A stretch of 64,000 nucleotides of DNA from NCBI GenBank assembly GCA_046292385.1, contig JBKBRF010000038.1:1-64000 (forward strand). The letters are read 5' to 3'. The notes beneath the pieces were generated by a model. It ran no database searches. It worked only from the letters and a program-made list of their open reading frames with translations, and had not been told where the DNA came from. Below are positions 48,048 through 56,896 of the stretch, piece by piece. The stretch comes from Armatimonadota bacterium. Its GTDB lineage: Bacteria > Armatimonadota > SYMT01. A program made the translations under genes and the position numbers. Positions within the stretch are counted from its first letter, which is position 1, and every line of letters begins with the position of its first letter.

Positions 48048-49178
48048 GTGAGCCGACCGCCGCTCCGCCAGCGCCTCGAGGCGATGAAGCTCAACTACCT
48101 GATCGGCCTCACGGCGCCGCGGTGGCGGGAGCTGCGCCGCCGGCACCGCTTCGATCCGGAGTTTCGCGACCGCGCGGCCGTGCTGACCGGGATGAGCCTG
48201 ATCAACTCGCTCACCGCCCGGAGGGAGGCGCGCCGGTTCGACGACCGCATCGAAGCGACCCGGGTGGAGGCGCCGCCACTCTTCGTGCTGGGGCACTGGC
48301 GCAGCGGCACCACATTCCTGCACAACCTGCTGGCACAGGACCCGCTGCTTGCCTACCCCACCGGCTACCAGGTGGTCTTCCCGCACTCGTTCCTGACCTG
48401 CGAAGAGTGGGCCACCCGCCGTTTCTCGTCCTCCGGCCCGAAGACCCGGCCGATGGACAACGTGCCGCTCTCCTTCGAGAGCCCGCAGGAGGAAGAGCAC
48501 GCGCTGGCGGTGCTGACGCTGCAGTCGCCCTACCTCGGCATGCTCTCCTTCCCACGGGAAGAAGCGCGCTACTCCCGCTACCTGACCTTCCGGGACGCGG
48601 CGCCGGAGGAGCGGACGCAGTGGAAGGCGGCGCTCCTGTGGCTCGCGCGGAAGCTGACGCTGAAGTACGGCGACCGCTCCCTGGTGCTCAAGTCGCCGGC
48701 ACACACCGCGCGGATCGCGCTGCTGCTGGAGTTGTTTCCGGACGCCCGGTTCGTCCACATCCACCGGAATCCGTACGACGTCTTCCGCTCCACCCGGCAT
48801 CTCCTGGAGGTGCTGCCGGAGTTCGACTACCTGCAGCGCCCGGAGCGGCCGGCAGACGTCGACGGGATTCTGCGCCGCTACACGGAGATGTACGACGCCT
48901 ACTTCCACGACCGGAAGCAGATTCCCGAAGGGCGGCTCTACGAGCTTCGCTACGAGAGCCTGGAGCGAGAGCCGGTACAGGAGCTGCAGGAGGTCTATCG
49001 CAGCCTGGATCTCCCGGGATTCGAAGCGATGCGGCCGGCCCTGGAGGCGTACGTTGCGTCCATCAGCGGCTACCGTAAGAACCGGCATCAGCCGCTCGAG
49101 CCGGCGCTGCGGGAGCGGGTCCGCACCGCCTGGCAGCACAGCTTCGACGCCTGGGAATACTCCCCGCGCGAGGAGTAA
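48048..49178 (+). CDS. Sulfotransferase (Stf3-like); start 48048 or 48084
   Basis: PLFVLGHWRSGTTFLH PAPS loop, RPMDN, PQEEE, LKSPAHTAR, HIHRNPYDV. Confidence 0.92.
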   Translation: MSRPPLRQRLEAMKLNYLIGLTAPRWRELRRRHRFDPEFRDRAAVLTGMSLINSLTARREARRFDDRIEATRVEAPPLFVLGHWRSGTTFLHNLLAQDPLLAYPTGYQVVFPHSFLTCEEWATRRFSSSGPKTRPMDNVPLSFESPQEEEHALAVLTLQSPYLGMLSFPREEARYSRYLTFRDAAPEERTQWKAALLWLARKLTLKYGDRSLVLKSPAHTARIALLLELFPDARFVHIHRNPYDVFRSTRHLLEVLPEFDYLQRPERPADVDGILRRYTEMYDAYFHDRKQIPEGRLYELRYESLEREPVQELQEVYRSLDLPGFEAMRPALEAYVASISGYRKNRHQPLEPALRERVRTAWQHSFDAWEYSPREE

Positions 49179-49281
49179 CGACGAGACGCGCGGTCCCGGC
49201 CGCGGTAGCAGGCGGGCACGAATGCCGGACGCGCGACGGGTGGGATAGAATCAGCCGTCGCCCCGATCTGCCCGAGCCTGC

Positions 49282-50106
49282 ATGAGACGCCCCAAACCCC
49301 CTGTGACGCCGCTGGAGCGCACCAAGTCCGCGCTCAACCACCTGGAGAAGTGGGCCTACCTCCACGGCCTGCGCCCCACTCCCCGGATGCCGCTGCCCGA
49401 CTTCCTCGGCATCGGCGCGCAAAAGTCCGGCACCTCCTGGCTCGATGCCAACCTGCGCCACCACCCGGACGTCTACCTGCCGCCGCGCAAGGAGTTGCAC
49501 TACTGGGACCGGCAGTACGACCGGAGCCTGCGCTCCTATTCCCGGAAGTTCCGCGGCGCCGGCTCCCGGCTGAAGGGGGAGATCACGCCGTTCTACAGCA
49601 TCCTGCCGGTGGAGCGGATCCGGATGATCCACGCGATCCGGCCCGACACAAAGCTGATCTTCCTGATGCGCAACCCGGTGGAGCGAGCGTGGTCGCACGC
49701 GCTGATGCGCCTGGTGAAGCGCCGCAACCGCCGCTTCGAGGACGTGAGCGAGCAGGAGTTCCTGGAGCAGTTCCGCCACCGCGGCTCCCTGCGGCTCGGC
49801 GACTACCCCCGCATCCTGGCGAGCTGGCTGAGCGTCTTTCCGGAAGAGCAGCTCTTCGTCGGCTTCTTCGAGGACGTGAAGGAGCGCCCGCGGGAGCTCT
49901 TGACCGGCGTGATGGAGCACCTGGGGCTGCGCACCGACATCGACTGGGACTCCATGCCCTACCATGAGGTGGTACATGGAGGGGTCAAGGTCCGGATGCC
50001 GGAGAAGTACCGGAAGGTACTCCAGGAGATGTACCAGCGCGACCTGGAAGCGCTGCACGAGCGCTTCGGCGCGCCCGTCAGCCGGTGGATGACCCCTAAG
50101 AGTTAG
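49282..50106 (+). CDS. Sulfotransferase (heparan sulfotransferase-like family)
   Basis: PDFLGIGAQKSGTSWL, KELHYW, GEITPFY, RNPVERAWS. Confidence 0.92.
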   Translation: MRRPKPPVTPLERTKSALNHLEKWAYLHGLRPTPRMPLPDFLGIGAQKSGTSWLDANLRHHPDVYLPPRKELHYWDRQYDRSLRSYSRKFRGAGSRLKGEITPFYSILPVERIRMIHAIRPDTKLIFLMRNPVERAWSHALMRLVKRRNRRFEDVSEQEFLEQFRHRGSLRLGDYPRILASWLSVFPEEQLFVGFFEDVKERPRELLTGVMEHLGLRTDIDWDSMPYHEVVHGGVKVRMPEKYRKVLQEMYQRDLEALHERFGAPVSRWMTPKS

Positions 50107-50349
50107 GGCTGTGAGCGCTCAAGGGAGGGATCTCTCCCAGGCCCTCCACACCCCTACTACCCTTCCCCTCCACCGGTTGGTCGGCCCTCCGCCTACCCCC
50201 GCTAGCAAGCTTGCCCGACACGCCCGGCTGCGCCGAGTGGCGTCAGCAACGCGGCAGTCGATCTGGACACGAGAGCGATTTCTATTAATGTTTTATTTAC
50301 TACTTTCCCTGTGCGGGTAAGGGGCTGCTTGCCAAAAGGAAGAGGGGGC

Positions 50350-50365
50350 TGTTTCACGTGAAGCA
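50350..50365. promoter_or_regulatory. parS: parS centromere-like site
   Basis: TGTTTCACGTGAAGCA, one mismatch to TGTTTCACGTGAAACA, about 1.15 kb from parB. Confidence 0.85.
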
Positions 50366-50427
50366 GCCCCCTCTTCTACAATCCCTCACAACCGGTGCCA
50401 AATCGGGTCACAAGCGGTGAGTTGGCG

Positions 50428-51336
50428 TCACAATCGGGCGAGCGCTCCCTTAACAAGGGGTAACACCGACTCGTCCACCTGCTCCTCGGTCTCGGCGGAC
50501 GCGCCCCGGAAGAGGAGCCACTGCTCCACGTGCTCCGCGCTCTCCCCCGGCTGCAGCGTCTGCAGCGGCCCCAGTGTCTCCAGCTCCAGGAAGTCGCCCG
50601 CGGTGTAGCACTCGAGACCGCAGTTCAGGTCCGGGTACTCCGCGTCCGGGAAGTGCCGCACACACTTGAGGAAGAGGCGGTCGCCGTTCACGTAGGCGCA
50701 CCAGCCTTCGGTCGACTGCGTCCCCAGCTTCGTCGCCTCCTCGCGCGCGGCGTCCGGCCGAACGCGAAGATAGCGCTGACCCCACAGAAGCCGGGGATCG
50801 CCGGGACGGGTGTAGGGCCAGAGGACAACCGACCGGTTCGGCAGCAGGTTCTCCGGCGAGGCGTACGGGGGCTGGGGGATCACGACGGTACCCCCCGGCG
50901 CCATCACCGTAAGCGCCCAGGGGGCGAGGCGGACCGGCCAGGCGCCGCGGTTGGTGAGGCGGTGCGTCAACCGGAGGTGAGCTTCTCCGGCGAATTCGAT
51001 CTCCAGGCTCTTCTGGATGCCGGTGACGGCCTCCACCGGCTGAAGCAGGCGGACCCCGTTCTCCCGGGTCTCATGCTCTACCGAGTCGTTGTCCGGCTGG
51101 TAACTCCGCGGCTTCTGCTCCGGCGCGTGCCAGAGCCGGTGACCGCCGAAGACGTGCCACTCGTCACCGCCGGTCAGGCCCTGCTGCTCCGGAAACTCCC
51201 GCAGCTCGTTGGGGCCGCCCTGGAAGCCGAAGTGGACGATCCGCGGCCCGACGTCGGTCGTCACGATCAGCTCCACGGCTCCGTCGGAGAGTCGCAGGCA
51301 GTGGGGCCAGCCGCCCCAAGATACGGTCTCCACCAT
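50428..51336 (-). CDS. Conserved hypothetical protein, galactose-mutarotase-like fold (DUF4380-like)
   Basis: GGAGGT RBS; VTTDVGPRI, GGHRLWHAPE, WALTVM, LELETLGP. Confidence 0.75.
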   Translation of the reverse strand: MVETVSWGGWPHCLRLSDGAVELIVTTDVGPRIVHFGFQGGPNELREFPEQQGLTGGDEWHVFGGHRLWHAPEQKPRSYQPDNDSVEHETRENGVRLLQPVEAVTGIQKSLEIEFAGEAHLRLTHRLTNRGAWPVRLAPWALTVMAPGGTVVIPQPPYASPENLLPNRSVVLWPYTRPGDPRLLWGQRYLRVRPDAAREEATKLGTQSTEGWCAYVNGDRLFLKCVRHFPDAEYPDLNCGLECYTAGDFLELETLGPLQTLQPGESAEHVEQWLLFRGASAETEEQVDESVLPLVKGALARL

Positions 51337-51516
51337 TCCGATTGCACCTCCTCCGTGCTTTGCGTACGCTGTGGAGAGATTAACGCGTCTCGGGGCTCAG
51401 GGGCCAGCGACCGGGGCTCAGCGCAGAATAACCGGGGTGGGCGTCTGCCACGACGACCCGAGCACCGCTGCCGGGAGAGTTCTTTCCTCTCCCTTCTCCC
51501 GTCTAAAAGGCTTGTC

Positions 51517-52320
51517 ATGGAAGAGGTGATCGAGATCGAGGTGGGGCGGGTGCTTCCCAGCCCCTACCAGCCGCGGCTCCGGTTCGAGGACGACAAGCTG
51601 GAGGAGCTGGCCGCCTCGATCCGCAAGCACGGGGTGATCCAGCCGGTGCTGGTGCGGCCCGCGGGCGGCAAGTACCAGCTCATCGCGGGAGAGCGGCGGC
51701 TGCGCGCGGCACAGCGGCTGGGCCTGGCCACGATCCCCGCGCTGATCCGTGACTACTCCGACGAGCAGGCGGTCGAGACCGCGCTGATCGAGAACCTCCA
51801 GCGCGAGAACCTGACGGTGGTGGAGACCGCCCGCGCCTACGAGCGGCTCATCGCGGAGCACGGCTACACGCAGGGGCAGGTGGCGGAGCGTACCGGCAAG
51901 AGTCGCTCGGCCGTCAGCAACACGCTCCGGCTGCTCCAGCTTCCGGGCGAGGTGCTGGAGATGCTGGAGACGGGAGACCTCAGTGAGGGCCACGCCCGGG
52001 TTTTGTTAGCCCTGCCCTACCCCTCTCTGCGGATCGAAGTGGGGGAGTGGGCCGCGCGGAACGCCGTGCCGGTCCGGGATCTGGAGCGAAAGGTGCGGGA
52101 GCTCTGTGCCGGCGGCGCGGCCGCGGCAGGGGACGCCGCGCGGACGGCGCCCGCCCGGAGCGACGTGCACGTCGCGGCCCTGGAAGAGCAGCTCCGGCGG
52201 CACTTCGGGACGAAGGTCGGCGTGACCTACCGCAAGGGCAAGGGCACCCTGACCCTGGAGTTCTACAGCGACGATGACCTCTACCGCCTGCTGGAGGCGA
52301 TGGGAGTGGAGGGGCTGTAA
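51517..52320 (+). CDS. parB: ParB/Spo0J chromosome partitioning protein
   Basis: PYQPR, GVIQPVLVR, CTP-binding GERRLRA, ALIENLQRENL, HTH GKSRSAVSNTLRLL, SEGHAR. Confidence 0.96.
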   Translation: MEEVIEIEVGRVLPSPYQPRLRFEDDKLEELAASIRKHGVIQPVLVRPAGGKYQLIAGERRLRAAQRLGLATIPALIRDYSDEQAVETALIENLQRENLTVVETARAYERLIAEHGYTQGQVAERTGKSRSAVSNTLRLLQLPGEVLEMLETGDLSEGHARVLLALPYPSLRIEVGEWAARNAVPVRDLERKVRELCAGGAAAAGDAARTAPARSDVHVAALEEQLRRHFGTKVGVTYRKGKGTLTLEFYSDDDLYRLLEAMGVEGL

Positions 52321-52326
52321 GGGGTT

Positions 52327-52409
52327 CACAGGTTGGCAGGTTACCGGTTTACAGGATCCGGGCTTCGCTCTCCCAAGGTCCTAACCTGCAACCTACCAAC
52401 CTGTAACAG
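52327..52409. repeat. Facing arrays of CAGGTT(N) and AACCTG(N) short repeats
   Basis: CAGGTTGGCAGGTTACCGGTTTACAGG ... AACCTGCAACCTACCAACCTGTAAC. Confidence 0.75.
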
Positions 52410-52410
52410 C

Positions 52411-53613
52411 CTACTTCGTCGAGTACTCGACCCGGTAAGCGTCCTCCCCGGTCTTGCGGTAGCTCAGGGCCGGCAGGCTCTCGCGGAGGGCCGCGATCAC
52501 CATATCGAGCGCGACTTCCACTCCCACCTGGTCTGCCTTCACCGTAAGGGGAAGGTTCGGGATGTTCGGCGCCATCTCGATCTTGGCGCCGGTCTGGCCG
52601 GAGATCCCGGCGAGCACGGAGCTAAGCCCTAACAGACGGTAGTTAAAGGTCGCGGTCTTGGTCCGCGCCACCTCCGCCCGCAGCGCGGTCGCCACCTCCC
52701 CTGGCAGCGGACCCGGCTCCAGGTGGAGGACCCCGTCGCCTTCGCGGTAGGTCACCGGCTCGCCAGCCTGCGCCGCCAGCTTCAGTACGCGGCGCAGCGC
52801 CAGCAGCTCCGGCTCCGACTGCACGTGGTAGGAGATCGGCACGTCCCGGACCGACGGAGCGATCTGGAGCTTCCAGTTGGAGCCGTTCAGGATCTGCGCC
52901 ACCACCGTCCGCAGCGGCTGGTTGCTCGCCGCTACCTCGATGCGGCGACCACTGCTCACGGGAGTCTTCTGAACGTGAACGACGTAGCTGTCGCCGTCGA
53001 TGCTGTAGGTGAGGTTCGGCTCCTGCTCACCCACCGCCATCAACACCTGGGAGAGGGCCTGGCTCCAGTTGTTAGGCCGGAGCTGGAGGTCTACCAGCAG
53101 GGGGGGCACGCTCGGGTCGATCCGGCCCCTCACGTTCATCAGCTCGAAGAGCCGGGGGAGCACCTTGTTCAACCGGGCGTTGGTGAGGCTCACCAGGTTC
53201 TCACCGTCCCGTGGACCCATGTCGATATACTCCCGGTCGATCCGGACCTCGCCCCCGTTGTTCGGCTGCGGCACGAACGACCAGACCAGCGCCTCCTCCT
53301 CCGGGTCCTGCTTCAGGACCTCCGCCAGCACTTCGGAGAGCGGCTGGTCCGCCGCGCTGACCGAGAAGAGGTGTGGGCCCAGGGTAGCGCGGATGGAATA
53401 GCTGTAAGGGGTCTGCTTGAAGATCGAGTGAAGGGTCCCGCCCAGAGAGCGGGGTGCCTGGGTCAGGGTAATGCGGGGCTCCGGCTGCGGGAGCCGCACG
53501 ACAGCCGGGACCGGTGAGGCCGGCTGCTGCGCGGCGGCGCTTCCGCCCATCAGGACGGCGGCACCGGCGCCGGCGGCGAGCGCCCAGGAGCGTAGGGACA
53601 GGTTCGAAGTCAT
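52411..53613 (-). CDS. Secreted protein made of tandem STN/secretin-N0-like modules
   Basis: Signal peptide; four similar modules, each ending in a (L/V)(T/S/V)(Y/W)...G..Y/L hairpin. Confidence 0.65.
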   Translation of the reverse strand: MTSNLSLRSWALAAGAGAAVLMGGSAAAQQPASPVPAVVRLPQPEPRITLTQAPRSLGGTLHSIFKQTPYSYSIRATLGPHLFSVSAADQPLSEVLAEVLKQDPEEEALVWSFVPQPNNGGEVRIDREYIDMGPRDGENLVSLTNARLNKVLPRLFELMNVRGRIDPSVPPLLVDLQLRPNNWSQALSQVLMAVGEQEPNLTYSIDGDSYVVHVQKTPVSSGRRIEVAASNQPLRTVVAQILNGSNWKLQIAPSVRDVPISYHVQSEPELLALRRVLKLAAQAGEPVTYREGDGVLHLEPGPLPGEVATALRAEVARTKTATFNYRLLGLSSVLAGISGQTGAKIEMAPNIPNLPLTVKADQVGVEVALDMVIAALRESLPALSYRKTGEDAYRVEYSTK

Positions 53614-53680
53614 GGGATTGGGGAATCCTTTCGCATGCTGCGGATCTACCTCTACTATAGGCAGCGGCCCCGCGGATCGC

Positions 53681-53699
53681 GCGCTCACTTTGTGAGCGC
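53681..53699. promoter_or_regulatory. Palindrome upstream of a minus-strand -10 box
   Basis: GCGCTCAC-TTT-GTGAGCGC; TATAGT on the minus strand at 53654-53659. Confidence 0.45.
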
Positions 53700-53792
53700 A
53701 AGCCGGATACCCCGAGTTCTCACCTCGAGTGAGTGACCGAAGTCACTTTCTTCTTATTGGACGCTCACCACCCGCAGCCAGAGGGAGAGCGT

Positions 53793-54566
53793 TCATCCCG
53801 CGACTTCGGTCGAGACGACCCGCACCGCCTGGCCCAGCCGCACCCGAAGCCGGGTATCGATCGGCGCCGCCTCCCCGCCCACCCGTATCGAGCCCTTCAC
53901 CGCCGCCTCCACTTCCCCGGCGGGCGAGACGCGCGGCTCCACCTGCGCTGTGAGCCGCAGCCCTTGCCGGAAGCCGGCCAGCCGCAGGGTCTCACGGTCG
54001 AGAGTCAGCCCTTCCAGGGAGACCCTGTTACAGGTTAGTCGCACCCGCAGCGAGGGGCATGGAACGTCTACGTAGGTGAGGACCTCACGAAACAGCGCGA
54101 TATCCGAGGGTGTTCCCCGAACGAGGAGGGTGTTGTCGGCGCGGATGCCCACGACGGCGACAATCCCTTCCGGCACCAGGTGCTCGAGCACGCGGTAGTA
54201 CCCCGGCGGAGGCGCGCTCGGCGGCGGGGACGGGAGCGTCGTCCCGGTACAGAGGAAGATGCCCCCGTCGATGCCAGTAGGAAATCCGTGCGGGAAGCTA
54301 TAAAAGGCCGGCATCTTGATCTGCTTGGACGCGCGCCTCACCTCCTTAATCTCTCGCCGGAGATCCTGGAGCGATTCGGGAAACGAGTCTCCCCCGAGAG
54401 CCCGCACCACCACCGCGGCGTCCGCGGTCCGGAGGCGGATGCTTTCCCAGAACAGATCGTACTGGTTGGTTGCCCCGGAAGGCTCGGGCTCGGGCTCGGG
54501 CTCCTGGGCCAGGGTCGGGGCAGCGGAGGCGACCAGCAGCACGAGGGTCGCCTCCGCGCTCCTCAT
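53793..54566 (-). CDS. Secreted protein with secretin N-terminal (NolW-like) domain
   Basis: Signal peptide; PEGIVAVVGIRADNTLLVRGTPSDI...VDVP. Confidence 0.6.
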   Translation of the reverse strand: MRSAEATLVLLVASAAPTLAQEPEPEPEPSGATNQYDLFWESIRLRTADAAVVVRALGGDSFPESLQDLRREIKEVRRASKQIKMPAFYSFPHGFPTGIDGGIFLCTGTTLPSPPPSAPPPGYYRVLEHLVPEGIVAVVGIRADNTLLVRGTPSDIALFREVLTYVDVPCPSLRVRLTCNRVSLEGLTLDRETLRLAGFRQGLRLTAQVEPRVSPAGEVEAAVKGSIRVGGEAAPIDTRLRVRLGQAVRVVSTEVAG

Positions 54567-54972
54567 CCGCCTTCCGGGTGCGATTCGTGGTAAGGGCAAT
54601 CCTCCTCCCCCGGAGATTAGACCTACCCATACCCGGAAGAAGTTACTCGCTAAGCCTTCTATTAAGGGGTGGGACCGCCGATGTGAGGGAATGTGAGCGG
54701 ATTTGAGAGGGTTTATAGGCCGCTGGGAGCCCCACATGGGAGGGCTCTGAAAGGCCTTACACAGCAGACTCAAGGGGCAGAGTCAACGCTCCTGTTACGG
54801 GCGGTAAGGGGTTTGGCTGAGTCATCGACGTGCTCTCAGAGGAGGTTCGCGCGTCTTCCGAGGACGAAAAAGACGCCGTTGCCCGGCGGCCCGGTGCGCA
54901 CGGATCTCACTATTAGCAGATGGACCTGCCCGCCATTCAGCCAGCACTCCAGTTCCTTTAGCGCAAAACCAA

Positions 54973-55584
54973 GTGCGGACCTCAACTACTACTGACAAGC
55001 CTCTACCGCTGCACTGGCGGCTCGTGGAGGCGGCGTTCCATGCCGTCTACCGGATTCAGGTGCTCGACGACGATCCGGAGGCGCTGCTCGCCTACAACCT
55101 CTTCCGGTACACGGGGCCGCCGCTGCAGCTCGGATGTGGAACGAGGGTGGAGCGCGGCGACCTGGTGGCGGAGCTGCACTTCCGGAGGGAGGCGCTCTCC
55201 CCGCTCTCCGCGGGGGGCGATCCGCGCCGGGCGGCGCTGGCGCTGCTGCAGCTCGGCGACCGCGACGTGCCGCGGCTGGCGCGCAAGCTGCGGGAGGAGC
55301 TGACGGAGGTGAAGGCGCTGCACGCGGTGACGCTATTCCACCGCGGCATCGGGCGCTACGGCTTCGAGATTCGGCCGCTGGAAAGCCGCTGCGCGGAGCA
55401 GTGGCTCACCGCGTGGCAGCGGCTGCTGATGCTGCGGGACCGCGGCCCCGGGGCGGGCCGGCAGCGGGCCGGGGAATTGCCGGTGGCGCGGCACGTCTGG
55501 GTCTCCCGGAAGACCCTCATTCAGCGGTATGGCTCGGCTGCGGAGAGCCGGACTTCTCCCGCGGGCGAGGGCCCGTGCCGTTAG
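54973..55584 (+). CDS. YkoP-like protein
   Basis: RYTGPPLQL..GTRVERGDLVAELH, VTLFHRGIGRYGF, VWVSRKTLIQRY. Confidence 0.7.
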   Translation: MRTSTTTDKPLPLHWRLVEAAFHAVYRIQVLDDDPEALLAYNLFRYTGPPLQLGCGTRVERGDLVAELHFRREALSPLSAGGDPRRAALALLQLGDRDVPRLARKLREELTEVKALHAVTLFHRGIGRYGFEIRPLESRCAEQWLTAWQRLLMLRDRGPGAGRQRAGELPVARHVWVSRKTLIQRYGSAAESRTSPAGEGPCR

Positions 55585-56896
55585 GTCCCGGTGACTGGGG
55601 GGTGGGCGGCACCACGTTGGTGCCGCGCGGCTCGTCGTCCTGGTCCTCCGCTTCTTCCGGAAGGATGTAGCCGCGAGAATAGATGAGCGCCAGGATACCG
55701 AAGGTGATGCCCGCCACCAGGAACGGCGCGGTCGGGTGGACCCGCGCGTAGAGCGAGGGGCCGACCAGGTGCCCGCCGGCCAGCGCCGCCATCTCCACGC
55801 TCATCAGGATCGCCAGGGAGCGGCCCCGCTGGTGCTGCGGGATGCGGCCCAGCGCCAGCGCGTGCCAGGCGGGCAGCAGGAAGGCGTAGGCGACGCCGGC
55901 TACCAGGATGCCGGGGATCAGCAGGGCGAAGCGCGCCCAAGGGTGGAGCGGCATGTAGCCGAGGAACGGCGCCGCGGTGATGAGCGGCGCCACCACCAGC
56001 ATGGAGTAGATCACCGACTTCCGCCGCCCAACCCGGTCCGAGATCTTCCCCATCGGGCCGAGCAGGCCCACCGCCGGGGCGCCGCCGATCAGGACTACCA
56101 GGCCGAACTGCGCCGGGTTCAGGTGGAGCAGGTCCTTGGCGCCTTCGCGGAAGGTGAGGATCAGCGAGCCGAAGGCGAGGTTCTGGATGAAGAGCCCCAG
56201 CGCCATCATCTTCAGCTCCGGCGGGAAGTTGCGAGCCAGGTTGCTGATCTCGTCCGCGTCCATCCCGTGGTGCGCCGGAACTCCCAGCCGCCGACCGGTC
56301 CAGAGCGCGGCGCCGATCGCCACGCTCCACATCAGGATCGGCGCGTAGGTCGCCACCAGCTCCACGCGCCCAGTCAGCCCCACCAGGATGTTGCCCAAGA
56401 TCAGCCCCACGCCGAGACCGGCCATCCACCAGGTGAGGATCTGGCCCATGATCTCGCCGCGCTCCCGGGCGCTGCGGCCCCGGGTCCAGGCGGAGATGAC
56501 GGCGGGCCAGATCGGCGCGGAGCCGACTCCATGAAGAATGGCGCCGAGCAGCATGAGGTTCGGCGTGGGGGCGAGCAGGATCACCGGGACGGAGAGCAGG
56601 GACACGACGAGGCCCACCAACAGCGGACCATCCGGCCCGCGGTGGTCTACCTGGTGTCCGGCGGTGAGCTTGAGGACCAGCTCCGCCAGGGTGTACGCGG
56701 CGAGACAGAAGCCGGCGAGCTGGACCGCGGTCACCGGCAGCACCAGCAGGAGGTGCGCTCCCTGGCTGAAGCGATTGCTCGTTAGCTCCGGGATGATGCC
56801 ATACAGCAGCATCCCGTGCGCGAGCTCCGCGAAGAACAGGATGACACTCAGCCGTCCGAACAGCGTTCGACGCGTCGCCTCTACGTTTTGCTCCAC
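55517..56896 (-). CDS. MFS transporter (LtaA-like candidate)
   Basis: About 12 hydrophobic segments, motif A GKISDRVGRR; start overlaps the upstream glycosyltransferase stop. Confidence 0.85.
   Translation of the reverse strand: MEQNVEATRRTLFGRLSVILFFAELAHGMLLYGIIPELTSNRFSQGAHLLLVLPVTAVQLAGFCLAAYTLAELVLKLTAGHQVDHRGPDGPLLVGLVVSLLSVPVILLAPTPNLMLLGAILHGVGSAPIWPAVISAWTRGRSARERGEIMGQILTWWMAGLGVGLILGNILVGLTGRVELVATYAPILMWSVAIGAALWTGRRLGVPAHHGMDADEISNLARNFPPELKMMALGLFIQNLAFGSLILTFREGAKDLLHLNPAQFGLVVLIGGAPAVGLLGPMGKISDRVGRRKSVIYSMLVVAPLITAAPFLGYMPLHPWARFALLIPGILVAGVAYAFLLPAWHALALGRIPQHQRGRSLAILMSVEMAALAGGHLVGPSLYARVHPTAPFLVAGITFGILALIYSRGYILPEEAEDQDDEPRGTNVVPPTPQSPGPNGTGPRPREKSGSPQPSHTAE

Noticed and set aside
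50111..50320. 69-aa ORF upstream of parS
   Set aside because: No RBS or family motif, atypical codons, and it runs through a promoter-like AT tract.
54691..54702. TGTGAGCGGAT as a lac operator or vector contamination
   Set aside because: Only a half-site match, no flanking vector sequence, and it belongs to a native 10-bp repeat array.
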